A stretch of DNA of 64,000 bases from an uncultured delta proteobacterium (GTDB lineage Bacteria; Desulfobacterota; Desulfuromonadia; Geobacterales; DSM-12255): NCBI GenBank assembly GCA_963787125.1, contig CAWBBV010000012.1, positions 279,337 to 343,336 of the forward strand, given 5' to 3'. Under the pieces are notes generated by a model. The model was not told the origin of the DNA, did no database searches, and saw only the letters and a list, made by a program, of their open reading frames with translations. A program made the position numbers and the translations under genes. Shown in pieces: positions 9,364-19,255 of the stretch (its first letter is position 1; every line of letters starts with the position of its first letter).

Positions 9364-10512
9364 GTGCATGTCACCTGTCCCTGCTGCGGAGCGCCAAATA
9401 CTTATCTCTACTTCAACGACGGAAAGAAGCGCTCTCAAGTTCTCTGCAAGGTTTGCTCTCAACTCTTCCAACTCCAACAGCGCTTCAGAACCAACAGAAA
9501 GTCAAAGCTCTTCTGTCCCCATTGCGGGCTGGCTCTCTTCAGGTGGAAGTCGCAAAAGGAAGTGACCATCCACAAGTGCCCAAATGATAACTGTCCTCAC
9601 CGTATCCAGGCGCTTGCCAAGCTCAATAAAGCCGAGAAAGAGCTGATGAAAAAGAAAAGTTCTCAGTTCAAAATCAACTACCAGTACCGCGAATATCACT
9701 ACAAACCGGAAGAGTTGGAACTCTCTTCTCCGGACAAACCGCCGGTCGAACTGGCGAGAATCCATAACAGCGAAAACGTGCTTGGCCTGATTCTGACTTT
9801 CTATGTTTCATTCGCCGTTCCGGCCAGAAAAACTGCTCAAATCCTGCGCGAAGTCTTCTGTATCAAGGTTTCTCATCAGACAGTTCTCAATTATGCCGCT
9901 GGCGCCGCCTGGCACTGCCACCGATTCAATCTCAAGCATAAAGGCCATATCGATAATATCTCTGCAGGTGATGAGACCTACATCAAGATCCTGGGCAAGC
10001 ACCATTATGTCTTCTTTTTTATCTCGGCAAAGAACCTGAAAATCTCCGCCTATCACGTGGCCGATAACAGGGGCACTCAGCCTGCCATTATCGCTATGAA
10101 TGAAGCCATCAGGACTGCTTCTGCCGATCAGCAAATAACCCTTGTCAGCGACGGAAACCCTTCTTATCCAGCTGGCATTCATTTCATCAATGCCCAGACT
10201 GATGATTCCCAGACGATTCAGCACAAAAAGGTTATTGGCCTCCAAAACCTTGATGCCGAGTCCGAAGAGTACAGATCCTTCAAGCAGCTCGTTGAGCGGC
10301 TCAACAGAACCTTCAAGTATCATGTAAGGCCAGCAGCAGGATTCAACAGCACAAACGGTGCGGTATCTTTAACTACGCTGTTTGTGACCCACTACAACTT
10401 CCTCAGGCCTCACATGTCGCTAAAATATCTACCACCGGTGCCTTTGCAGGAGTTGAAGGCACTGCCGACCATTCAGGCTAGATGGACCAAGATCCTCTCG
10501 CTAGCTGCCTGA
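9364..10512 (+). CDS. DDE transposase (IS240/IS6-like catalytic domain) with Cys-rich zinc ribbons
   Basis: CPCCG, CKVC, CPHCG; AGDETYIK, SDGNPSY, VERLNRTFK; frame is open back to 9253. Confidence 0.85.
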   Translation: MHVTCPCCGAPNTYLYFNDGKKRSQVLCKVCSQLFQLQQRFRTNRKSKLFCPHCGLALFRWKSQKEVTIHKCPNDNCPHRIQALAKLNKAEKELMKKKSSQFKINYQYREYHYKPEELELSSPDKPPVELARIHNSENVLGLILTFYVSFAVPARKTAQILREVFCIKVSHQTVLNYAAGAAWHCHRFNLKHKGHIDNISAGDETYIKILGKHHYVFFFISAKNLKISAYHVADNRGTQPAIIAMNEAIRTASADQQITLVSDGNPSYPAGIHFINAQTDDSQTIQHKKVIGLQNLDAESEEYRSFKQLVERLNRTFKYHVRPAAGFNSTNGAVSLTTLFVTHYNFLRPHMSLKYLPPVPLQELKALPTIQARWTKILSLAA

Positions 10513-10756
10513 CTTCCCGTCTTCAAAGATCAATTTACTGATTGTTGTTTTAATCTGACCAACTATCTCACGTGCCTGGTCACAGAGTGGCTTGCCCAAA
10601 ATTCAAGCCAGTAACCACAAAGTAGTGAAGTCACAGTCTGGACAGACTCGGAAAAGATGCAGATGAAGGGCATCGTTTACTTTCGAGTACTTTCCATTTC
10701 AATATCCCGGCTTTTCATGAAACTTTTGACACTATCGGCTGAACATTGATCTGAAC

Positions 10757-11659
10757 TTAAGCAAACTCACCATCCCTGTAAGCCGGGAAGTAGTTTGTTG
10801 CCGTTACCCCTTTTGCTTTGACAATCCCCGCGTATAATTCAGGCTTGAATATTTTCCCACAGAAGTAGACCGGCCTCGTTCCTGAGGACCAGCCACGCTT
10901 GAAATCTGTCAATCCGTCGCTCTTGTCGCTCTGGATGCCTGCGCCGCTGCCAAGGTCAAGCCAGCGCACCTTATCGGCAAAATAATTAAGCAGATACCAT
11001 TTCAATGCGTATGAAGCTCGCAGTTTATACCCCAACGGACTGATGGCGACCAAATGACCATAGGCAACGTCTTTGTGAACGTACCAAAGATCAAGGCCGA
11101 CAATGGTGCCGTTGGCTACTGCCTTGAACATTACCATCCCGGGAATTGACAGCTGTTTGGCAAAGGCCTTTTCCGAAAACGCCTTTATCCCGGCAATACT
11201 ATGTTTATTGACCAGATTGGCGAAAAGCTCTTTCCACTCTTCGAGCAAAAGCGCCGGCTCTGGACAAAACTCGACCTCGACATCTTGCCGGGCTCTTCTA
11301 ACTGTGCTTTGGTGGGATTTTGTAACAACCTGGTTCAGCGGCAAAGACAGGTCGACGATGAAATGATCTTTGAAGGGGATAACAATATCGAAGTTTTTGT
11401 TGAGGTCAGCAACCTCATAATCTCCGAAGGGATCAGTAACAATTGAAAGGCTTACCAGTTCGTCACCAAGTTCGAGCAAATCGGCCGGCAACTCAGCCCA
11501 GTCCCGACAGACAAACAATGGATAGGATCCAAGGGCGTCGCGATGGGCAAACCCGGGGATGATTCTTTCCAGCACCCATCCGCCGCATTTGGGCAGTTCA
11601 CGTGGATTGCCAAATTCTGCCAGGGACTTCACATAATCAGGATGCATGAATCCGGTCAT
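10757..11659 (-). CDS. GNAT/FemAB-like acyltransferase
   Basis: LDLGSGAG...DGLTDFKRGW, YFPAYR C-terminus; paralog of the neighbouring gene. Confidence 0.7.
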   Translation of the reverse strand: MTGFMHPDYVKSLAEFGNPRELPKCGGWVLERIIPGFAHRDALGSYPLFVCRDWAELPADLLELGDELVSLSIVTDPFGDYEVADLNKNFDIVIPFKDHFIVDLSLPLNQVVTKSHQSTVRRARQDVEVEFCPEPALLLEEWKELFANLVNKHSIAGIKAFSEKAFAKQLSIPGMVMFKAVANGTIVGLDLWYVHKDVAYGHLVAISPLGYKLRASYALKWYLLNYFADKVRWLDLGSGAGIQSDKSDGLTDFKRGWSSGTRPVYFCGKIFKPELYAGIVKAKGVTATNYFPAYRDGEFA

Positions 11660-11708
11660 GACTTAACTCTCCTATTTTTCTGACACCGTTTTATAGATAA
11701 ATGATCTG

Positions 11709-12710
11709 TTATGCTGACAGTGGCTGGCGTCGATATGCGGGGAAATAGCCGTCCATATCTCCAGAGTCGACCTGTGCTTGTTTACAGAGCATTTCATATA
11801 TTTCCGGGTTATGAACCTGCTTGAGACATCTGAGCGGCAACTCTTCACAACCGAATTGCCGCTTGAACTCGGCAATTCCTGTATCCCTGCTGCCGCTGCC
11901 ACCAAAGTTGAGAATTGGAATATTCAGTGATTTAAGCTGTTTGGCAGTGTGCCAATATAAACCTGCCGCACAGTTTTTTACCCCGGGCAGCGCTACGGAT
12001 ATTGAGCCATCGGCAACATCATCCGTGTAAAAGGTTACCGCTGCCGCAATAATTTTTCCTGCTTCCGCAACGCCGACAAGCAGCGCATTTTCCAGATTCA
12101 ATAAAAACGACAACGTCTGGTGCGTAAAGAAATAGGCATCTGCCGCACTCTTGCGGATGAGAAAATCAATATAATTTGTCAGGATAAAATCAATCAGCGG
12201 CGCTTTGTCGGTGACAAACTCGATGCCGTTTTTTTCCTGTGAATGGAGATGTTTGCGCCTGCTTTTAGCCATATTTGCCAAGAGATCATCAACACTGGGC
12301 TCAAGTTTGAGGATATGGACCGTTTCATATTCATAAATCGAATCTGTTGCAAAGTGGTCGCTATAGTCGAAAATCGGATTAAAACCGAGATAACCACACA
12401 CATAACCGCGTTTTTTCGCAAATTCATCCCAGTAATAAGGAAAGTCCGCAGACGTGCCATTACCGACAAAACCCGAAAAACCGTACGGTTTGACAACATC
12501 GAGATAACTTCCATATTCACGTTCGGCTATCGGGCAGACGATGCGAATATTCTCCTGTTCAAAACAGTAAAGAAAGGTTCTAAGACCGGTCGTCAGGTGC
12601 ATCGCATAGCAGTTCTCCCAAGTGTGGCCAAAAGTGTGCTTGATGCCCTCAAGCGCCTCTTTCCACGCAGCAGGGGAGTTCAGTGGGATACACGAATGGT
12701 TAATTGTCAT
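11709..12710 (-). CDS. GNAT/FemAB-like acyltransferase
   Basis: PYGFSG, LNFGGSG...GIAEFKRQF, YFPAYR. Confidence 0.7.
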   Translation of the reverse strand: MTINHSCIPLNSPAAWKEALEGIKHTFGHTWENCYAMHLTTGLRTFLYCFEQENIRIVCPIAEREYGSYLDVVKPYGFSGFVGNGTSADFPYYWDEFAKKRGYVCGYLGFNPIFDYSDHFATDSIYEYETVHILKLEPSVDDLLANMAKSRRKHLHSQEKNGIEFVTDKAPLIDFILTNYIDFLIRKSAADAYFFTHQTLSFLLNLENALLVGVAEAGKIIAAAVTFYTDDVADGSISVALPGVKNCAAGLYWHTAKQLKSLNIPILNFGGSGSRDTGIAEFKRQFGCEELPLRCLKQVHNPEIYEMLCKQAQVDSGDMDGYFPAYRRQPLSA

Positions 12711-12721
12711 GGTGCACCGCC

Positions 12722-13987
12722 TTACAGCGTAAATTCACTCAGATACTCTGTTGTCCATGTCAATACCGGCTGAACGACTCCGGGTTCCTTGCCATACCAG
12801 GTGCCTTCTCTTTGCCTTACATCGATGATGTTGATCGGTACCCGGCTTTCATAACTGAAGATTATTGAGCTTTTGTTTTTCACAATCAGGATATTAAAGC
12901 GATGAATGCCGCTATTCAGCAGATTGCCGGGGAAATAGCCCACACTCCTGAAAAGGCCTTGCGGCATTGGCTCGCTATTCTGAGTGCCGGTGGTAAAAGC
13001 AATCAGTCCTTCCGAGGTGTACAGGTGCATGGTCACATGTAAGTGCGCGGCATCAAGCAGATTCCAGAATTCAATCTCGACAAGAAACGGTGTCTGCATA
13101 GACAGAGGGTCAGACGGATGACCATCCTGGCGCTTCACACATACCCGTCTCAGGCGCACTGTGTCGTTTCCAGGGGACTCGGATGGTTCATCCCAAAACT
13201 CTTCAACCGTATTTGCCGCGTTCACACCTGTAGCCAGATAATCAGTTACAACCTGTGCCGCTGGTCCGTCTTCGACAATCTGGCCGCCGTTTACCCAGAT
13301 CACCCGTTCACAAAGGCTATTTACAGCTGTCATGTTGTGACTGATAAAAATTACTGTGCGCCCGGATTTGGCCACAGTGCTGATTTTACCAAGACATTTC
13401 TTCTGAAATGCCGAATCACCAACCGCCAGAACTTCATCGAGAAGCAGAATCTCAGGTTCGAGATGTGCTGCCACTGCAAAAGCAAGACGCACATACATGC
13501 CACTGGAGTAGCGCTTTACCGGCATGTCCAGAAACTCGCCAACTCCCGAAAAATCAACGATTGCGTCAAACTGACGCTTTATTTCATCTTTTTTCATGCC
13601 GATGATGGCACCATTAAGATAGATATTCTCCCTGCCGCTAAGTTCCGGATGGAAGCCGGTACCTACTTCCAATAGGGAACCGATGCGGCCGAAAACATTC
13701 ACTCTTCCGTTTGTCGGAGCAGTTATCTGGGAAAGTATTTTCAGGAGAGTGCTTTTTCCGGCACCATTGTGACCGATGATGCCGACAATTTCCCCTTCCC
13801 TGACCTCAAATGATACGTCCTTCAATGCCCAGAATTCCCGCTCATGCGCTGGTGTCTGCTTATCACGCTTGAAGGTTGACCTGATGACTGAAGCCAGGTG
13901 ATCGGCAACAGTGTCATGACGATACGTTGCGGTGGCTACCTTATAGCTCTTGGAAATATTTTCTGCATGAATTGCTATTTCACTCAT
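12722..13987 (-). CDS. wzt: Polysaccharide ABC transporter ATP-binding subunit with C-terminal Wzt_C domain
   Basis: GHNGAGKSTLLK, YSSGMYVRLAFA, LLLDEVLAVGD. Confidence 0.9.
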   Translation of the reverse strand: MSEIAIHAENISKSYKVATATYRHDTVADHLASVIRSTFKRDKQTPAHEREFWALKDVSFEVREGEIVGIIGHNGAGKSTLLKILSQITAPTNGRVNVFGRIGSLLEVGTGFHPELSGRENIYLNGAIIGMKKDEIKRQFDAIVDFSGVGEFLDMPVKRYSSGMYVRLAFAVAAHLEPEILLLDEVLAVGDSAFQKKCLGKISTVAKSGRTVIFISHNMTAVNSLCERVIWVNGGQIVEDGPAAQVVTDYLATGVNAANTVEEFWDEPSESPGNDTVRLRRVCVKRQDGHPSDPLSMQTPFLVEIEFWNLLDAAHLHVTMHLYTSEGLIAFTTGTQNSEPMPQGLFRSVGYFPGNLLNSGIHRFNILIVKNKSSIIFSYESRVPINIIDVRQREGTWYGKEPGVVQPVLTWTTEYLSEFTL

Positions 13988-14019
13988 TAATTACTCCTGC
14001 TGATCAGGATTGGACTTGC

Positions 14020-14141
14020 TCCAATTCGAAATCGAAGATGAAATCAAGGCGGCGAGGATTGAGGCGTCGAAGCAGTACTAATTAGTACGCTGAGGAGCCG
14101 AAGACGAGCCAACGCAGATAGCGCTTTGATTTTGAATTGGA
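14020..14141. repeat. ~122 bp palindromic intergenic element (MITE-like)
   Basis: Terminal IR TCCAATTCgAAATCgAAG / CTTTGATTTTGAATTGGA (16/18); central perfect palindrome GTACTAATTAGTAC at 14075-14088. Confidence 0.6.
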
Positions 14142-14142
14142 C

Positions 14143-14991
14143 TTAGATCACATCGGCAAAGGTCTTCTCCATCCATTTAAAGTAAACAACTCCTCCAGCC
14201 AATAGAGTTAGCACCACTGCCGTACTGACTATTATCGCCATGAAATCAGGGCTTGATTTACCGATAAGGGCCCAGCGGAAGCCCTCAATAACTCCAACCA
14301 TCGGGTTGAGGCTGTAGAGGAGTCGCCACTTTTCAGGAACCATACTGACCGGGTAAGCGACTGGTGATGCATACATCCAGATCTGGATTACGAAAGGTAT
14401 GACACTGTTCACATCACGATATCTGACGTTGAGAGCCGCTGACCAGAGTCCTACGGACAATGCGGTGATGACGGCAAGCAGTATAAAAAGAGGCAGGGCA
14501 AGCAGCGCCGGAGTCGGCACAATTTTGAACCAGAGAAGCAGCGGCAGCATGACCAGAAAAGCAAAAAACAGATCGACCACCGGAGCAACAGCTGCAGCTA
14601 TTGGAATAAGCAGCCGGGGGAAATATATTTTTGTAACCAAATTGGAGCTACTGACAACACTCCCCGCTGTTTTCGTCAGTGCTTGAGCAAAGTATGTCCA
14701 TGGAAGCAGGGCTGCAAAGGCGAATAAGGGGTATGGAATCCCGTCTGAAGGGAACCTGGCAAGGTTTCCGAAAATAAGTGTAAAAAGAATCATGGTGATC
14801 AGCGGCTGCACCACCACCCAGGCTGCACCGATAGCAGTCTGCTTGTAACGGGTCATTACATCACGCCAGACGAGAAAGTAGAGCAGCTCCCGATAGCCCC
14901 AAACACTCCCCAGGTCCAGCTGAAAAAGACTGTTTTGCGGCTTGATTACGACAAAAGGTTTTTTGAATGTGGACTCAGCTACCAATTCCAT
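14143..14991 (-). CDS. wzm: Polysaccharide ABC transporter permease
   Basis: RYKQTAIGAAW..QP, KIYFPR, NVRYRD, SPVAYP, LNPM..IEGFR. Confidence 0.9.
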   Translation of the reverse strand: MELVAESTFKKPFVVIKPQNSLFQLDLGSVWGYRELLYFLVWRDVMTRYKQTAIGAAWVVVQPLITMILFTLIFGNLARFPSDGIPYPLFAFAALLPWTYFAQALTKTAGSVVSSSNLVTKIYFPRLLIPIAAAVAPVVDLFFAFLVMLPLLLWFKIVPTPALLALPLFILLAVITALSVGLWSAALNVRYRDVNSVIPFVIQIWMYASPVAYPVSMVPEKWRLLYSLNPMVGVIEGFRWALIGKSSPDFMAIIVSTAVVLTLLAGGVVYFKWMEKTFADVI

Positions 14992-15001
14992 GACTTTTAC
15001 C

Positions 15002-15844
15002 TCACTTCAGATTCAAGACTTCCCTGGCCGATGAAAAACTGAAATTCTCCAGTAAGTGCCTAATTTTCAGCTCCATCCGGTCCAGATTCAAATAATGTCT
15101 GCAGCGTGATTTCATGCCTGCCTTGATGCGTGGCTGCTCCGGGTCAATCTCCCATGGGTGGAAATAAACGATCACCGGCTGTTTCTCAGCGTTATTGATT
15201 ATCTTGATAGCCCGTGCAACCAGAGCCGCTGGAAAAAATCGTAAATAGCCACCGCCGGCAATCGGCAATTGCGATTTCCACCAACCGACATTCAGAGCGA
15301 ATGTTGAGATGGGAAACTCGTCTATTTTGCCGGCGTGAGTCGAGATTTTGTGGGGGAAACGCTTACCGCCTGGAATCCCGTATATATCGTGATTAATGGG
15401 GAAAATGCTGGAGTCATACGAAAACCCCTCTTCCAGAAGGATGTCCAGTGCCCAGAGGGACTTGGATGTAATCGAATAACTCGGTGCCCGGTAGCCCCTC
15501 ACCTCTTCGCCACAGATATTTTCCAGTATATTTTTAGCCTTTGAGACATCTTCCCGGAACTCTTGTTGCGTATGGCGATAAATCAGCTGATGTCCATAGC
15601 CGTGACAGGCAATTTCATGGCCACGACGATGAATCTCCTTCACAAGCCCGGGGAGCCTTTCGGCAACCCATCCAAGGACAAAAAATGTTGCCCGGATCGA
15701 AAACTCATCGAGTATATCGAGAATGCGCAGTGTGCTGTCTCCGACCCGAAGAGGGTAACTGTCCCACTCCAACGGCCTGATCTGACGCTCAAAAGCGGTC
15801 ACATGAAAGTAGTCTTCAACATCTATTGTCAGTGCATTAATCAT
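15002..15844 (-). CDS. XrtA/PEP-CTERM-system polysaccharide deacetylase
   Basis: NALTIDVEDYF, HEIACHGYGH, GYRAPSYS, GGGYLR, YFHPWEIDP. Confidence 0.9.
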   Translation of the reverse strand: MINALTIDVEDYFHVTAFERQIRPLEWDSYPLRVGDSTLRILDILDEFSIRATFFVLGWVAERLPGLVKEIHRRGHEIACHGYGHQLIYRHTQQEFREDVSKAKNILENICGEEVRGYRAPSYSITSKSLWALDILLEEGFSYDSSIFPINHDIYGIPGGKRFPHKISTHAGKIDEFPISTFALNVGWWKSQLPIAGGGYLRFFPAALVARAIKIINNAEKQPVIVYFHPWEIDPEQPRIKAGMKSRCRHYLNLDRMELKIRHLLENFSFSSAREVLNLK

Positions 15845-15855
15845 TTAGCGCCTCA

Positions 15856-17166
15856 TCAGAATGTTTTCTTCAGTTCCAACGACACCCGGTTAACAAAATA
15901 ATTATCAGTCTCTATATTCGGAGAATTGTAATTAGTGTGAAAATAGGACAATGATAAACTCAGCTGTTTAGCCAATAGATAGCTGAGTACAGAATCGAAC
16001 TGAAAACGCCTTGTATAACTATCGATAAGCGGCTGTTCATATTTTTCAACCGTAAAGCTGAGGCTGCCGCTCAAGTCGGTGACAAGCTCGAACTGGCCAC
16101 GCACTGTGGCGCCGTATTTCCTGGTCTGGACAGAGTCTGTTTCAGTCTGAACGAACTCGGAATACATGGGAGAAATACTCAGCGTGCCGCGCTTTAAACG
16201 CTTTTCAAGCACGCTATTAACAAAGCTTTCCTTCGTTATATTGCGCTCGGGATCTTCATCGTACTTCACACCGGTGTTAATTGTAGCGGTGACTGTATCG
16301 AACTGGTGAGACAGACCGGCATTCCAGACAATGCTATTAAGATTCTGGCCACTGTCATAAATGAGCCAACTGTAGCCGACTTGCCCGAAAATGAACGATT
16401 TGTCTGCATACTCGTACCGAAAACCACCTAGTATCTGGTGCAGGTCATAATTATCGATATCTGCTATCTCTCGGGTGAACGTATAATCAGTGGTCAGACT
16501 CCAGCGCTTTGTTAATTCGTATGACATGTTCAAAAAGGCGATATGATCATATTTATCGACTCCGGTTGAGTCTATGTAACGGGTATCTACGTATTTGTAG
16601 CCAGGTTTAAGCATCAGTCTCTCTGTCGGGTACAACACAAGGTATGGTGATACTGTTGCCACATTACGATCCGACTGATTGACGAAGAGGCTTTCTTTTG
16701 ATGCATCCCTGGTAACATCCAGTGAAACACGCTGATATTCATCACTAACATCGAGAAATAACAGGTTTTTTACAGCGATTAAATTTCCCTTCGCATTAAG
16801 AGTATGGGTGCTCTCGTCGTTACGGCTGTTTCTGGCATAATAGCGATAATCAAACACATAGCTGAGCTCTCCAGTCAGCGCAGGCGCCTTATAACTCAAA
16901 GCAATACCCGGAAGAATTCTGGTAATAAAATCCGAGGTCCGCCCTGCTTTTGTCTCGTAAACATTGTCAGTGTATTCTTCATTGACAGCTAAAGACGGGT
17001 GCGCTTCAAACTCAGCTCCGCTGGAAACGTCTGCAAAGGAGAGGATGGCGATAAACAGGGTTATAAGTAAGTCAGGAAAAGATTTCTGTGGTTTTCTGAC
17101 GGAAATATTCTCCGTTAACGCACTTATCCTGGATGTCAGCGCCACGGACTTTAATATGATCAGCAT
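15856..17166 (-). CDS. PEP-CTERM-system outer-membrane beta-barrel protein
   Basis: EEYTDNV motif, alternating beta-strand pattern, C-terminal Phe; locus position; start uncertain (ATG 17166 after AAGAGG). Confidence 0.75.
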   Translation of the reverse strand: MLIILKSVALTSRISALTENISVRKPQKSFPDLLITLFIAILSFADVSSGAEFEAHPSLAVNEEYTDNVYETKAGRTSDFITRILPGIALSYKAPALTGELSYVFDYRYYARNSRNDESTHTLNAKGNLIAVKNLLFLDVSDEYQRVSLDVTRDASKESLFVNQSDRNVATVSPYLVLYPTERLMLKPGYKYVDTRYIDSTGVDKYDHIAFLNMSYELTKRWSLTTDYTFTREIADIDNYDLHQILGGFRYEYADKSFIFGQVGYSWLIYDSGQNLNSIVWNAGLSHQFDTVTATINTGVKYDEDPERNITKESFVNSVLEKRLKRGTLSISPMYSEFVQTETDSVQTRKYGATVRGQFELVTDLSGSLSFTVEKYEQPLIDSYTRRFQFDSVLSYLLAKQLSLSLSYFHTNYNSPNIETDNYFVNRVSLELKKTF

Positions 17167-17188
17167 GAATGCCTCTTTTTTATAAGAA

Positions 17189-18358
17189 TCAAAACCTGAA
17201 TAGCCTGCCAAACATGCTGCCCATAAACGATTGTGGTTCATCATCTACCAGAATTTTCACAGGTTTCACCTCTTCCCTGACGATGTTGCTTTTGAACATT
17301 TTTTGAATAATAGTCCCGGTTTCTTGCTGATGTGACTTCAATGACTCTTCCAGGTCAGCAATTTTGGCAGTCATCTCCTTGAACAACTTCTGATTGGACG
17401 AGTCAGACTCTTTACCGATGTTTTGCATCCGCACGTTCATGTCTTTTATGAGAGCAGAGAATACCGGTTCTGAACGATTGGAGCAGGACGCTACTTCGAT
17501 ATAGTTTTCCCTGGTAACGTAGCCATCAAAAGAGTCGCTTCCCCAGTAATTGCACTCGAAGTCCAGATCACCGATGATGTCCTGAACAAGAACGGTATCA
17601 ATGCCCCTGGTCTCTTCGGCAAAAGCTGCCAAAAGAATAAAGTCACAGATGATATTGATTAACCGGGGAATTCCCCTGCTATAGTTGAAAACAATATCAA
17701 GGCTCTCTTTTGTAAACGATACAGCTTCGCGATCACCGGCCTTTTCCAGTCTATGATGGATATATTGTTCAACCTCCAGTCGATTTAGCGGTTGAATGTG
17801 GCAGTTAATGCTGATTCTCTGCCGCAACTGCAGCAGAGTTGATGATGCCAGGGTGTTACGCAGTTCAGGCTGGCCAACCAGGATGATCTGCAGAAGTTTT
17901 GCATTGTCAGTTTCAAGATTGGAAAGCATACGGATTTCTTCAAGCAGGTCATGATTCAGGTTTTGCGCTTCATCAATTATAAGAACCGGGTGACACCCTT
18001 TAACAAACTGATCTATCAAAAATGTATTCAAATCTCTCAGCATCGTAATCTTGTCTTTGCTCTGAACAGACAAGCCAAAATCATCGTTAATCATGGCGAT
18101 CAGCTGCTCTGAATCTACCCTGGTATTAAAGATCTTTGATAAAACTACATTGCTGAGATTCTTCTTGATCAAGTTGCGGATAATAGTCGTCTTACCTGAG
18201 CCTACTTCGCCGGTGAGAAGGATGAATCCGACTCTCTCCTTGATTCCGTAATCAAGGTAGGACAGCGCCTTTTTATGTGAACTGCTCATAAAAAGAAATT
18301 CAGGGTCTGGAAGCAGATCGAAAGGCTTCTGTTTCAGGTTGAAAAATGACTCGTACAT
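17189..18358 (-). CDS. XrtA/PEP-CTERM-system ExeA-like AAA ATPase
   Basis: MYESFF.L..KPF, GEVGSGKT, IIDEAQNL, GQPEL, GIPRLIN; start ATG 18358 after GGAG. Confidence 0.9.
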   Translation of the reverse strand: MYESFFNLKQKPFDLLPDPEFLFMSSSHKKALSYLDYGIKERVGFILLTGEVGSGKTTIIRNLIKKNLSNVVLSKIFNTRVDSEQLIAMINDDFGLSVQSKDKITMLRDLNTFLIDQFVKGCHPVLIIDEAQNLNHDLLEEIRMLSNLETDNAKLLQIILVGQPELRNTLASSTLLQLRQRISINCHIQPLNRLEVEQYIHHRLEKAGDREAVSFTKESLDIVFNYSRGIPRLINIICDFILLAAFAEETRGIDTVLVQDIIGDLDFECNYWGSDSFDGYVTRENYIEVASCSNRSEPVFSALIKDMNVRMQNIGKESDSSNQKLFKEMTAKIADLEESLKSHQQETGTIIQKMFKSNIVREEVKPVKILVDDEPQSFMGSMFGRLFRF

Positions 18359-18408
18359 GAATTCTCCAGTAAATGCTGATCCGAAAATGCTATCCAAATT
18401 GCCGGGAT

Positions 18409-19221
18409 TTAAGCGTACGCTTCCCGGCCATAGTGATAACTGTCATTGTTAAACTCTGTTGCCGCTGCGTTGTACACAATGCCGAGCACTGGAGCGCCTT
18501 TTATGTATTCCATTGTCTCCTTGATGTTGTGCAACGTAACGAGGCCTTCCTTTGCCACAAGAACGACACCATCTACTATGCCGCTTAAAGTTCTGGTCTC
18601 GGCAAACGGGAGTACCGGCGGGGTATCGATAATTATGTAGCGATCGTGGTAACGGTTTTTCAATTCAAGAAGAAAATCCCTCATTCGCTGTGAGTTAAAC
18701 ACCTCTGCCGGATTTGGTACGCTCCTCCCGGCCGGCAGAAAAGACATTTTACCGATTCCGGTGCGAATGAGCGCATCCTTCACATCAACGTCGTCCATTA
18801 AACAATCCGTGAGTCCTGTCGAGTTTTCTATCCCTAAATACCTGTGAATGGAGGGTTTCCTTATATCTGCATCCACCAGCAAAACGGTATGATCAAACTC
18901 CTGGGCGAGGCTCAAAGCAAGATTAAGAGATGTCAGGCTTTTGCCCTCACTGCCAATCGAACTAGTCACCATGAGCATGTTTTGAAATGATTTTTCCTTG
19001 GTCATTTTGACAATGACCGACTTTAGTTTGCGATACTCTTCCGCTGCCTGTGTTTGCGGGTTGTTTACCGTTACAAGCAACTGGTTCGTTACGCTAAGGG
19101 CTGGCATGGTTACCGGCGGTGGAACATGAAATCTGGAAACAGGTTTATCGTTGCTAGGTTCAGAAACGTACCCGGTCCGTATCTTTGCAGCTTTTTCAAG
19201 TGCTTCTTCAATTCTGCTCAT
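18409..19221 (-). CDS. Polysaccharide-export protein-tyrosine (BY) kinase
   Basis: MSRIEEALEKA, EEYRKLK, EGKS, LLVDADIRKP, IIDTPP; Tyr in the C-terminal tail. Confidence 0.9.
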   Translation of the reverse strand: MSRIEEALEKAAKIRTGYVSEPSNDKPVSRFHVPPPVTMPALSVTNQLLVTVNNPQTQAAEEYRKLKSVIVKMTKEKSFQNMLMVTSSIGSEGKSLTSLNLALSLAQEFDHTVLLVDADIRKPSIHRYLGIENSTGLTDCLMDDVDVKDALIRTGIGKMSFLPAGRSVPNPAEVFNSQRMRDFLLELKNRYHDRYIIIDTPPVLPFAETRTLSGIVDGVVLVAKEGLVTLHNIKETMEYIKGAPVLGIVYNAAATEFNNDSYHYGREAYA

Positions 19222-19255
19222 ATAACATCCTTTTATACATGAGATTTATTTAGAG

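Larger units (their letters stand above)
8915..10736 (+). mobile_element. IS6-like DDE insertion sequence (~1.8 kb)
   Basis: Imperfect terminal IRs (cgttGTGTCAAA at 8915; revcomp gataGTGTCAAA at 10736); 8 bp direct repeat GGCTGAAC at 8907-8914 and 10737-10744; DDE transposase inside. Confidence 0.8.

Noticed and set aside
7487..13675. Long antisense ORFs (e.g. 7487-8248, 9808-10323, 12243-12773, 13043-13675)
   Set aside because: Shadow frames opposite well-supported genes; no motifs.
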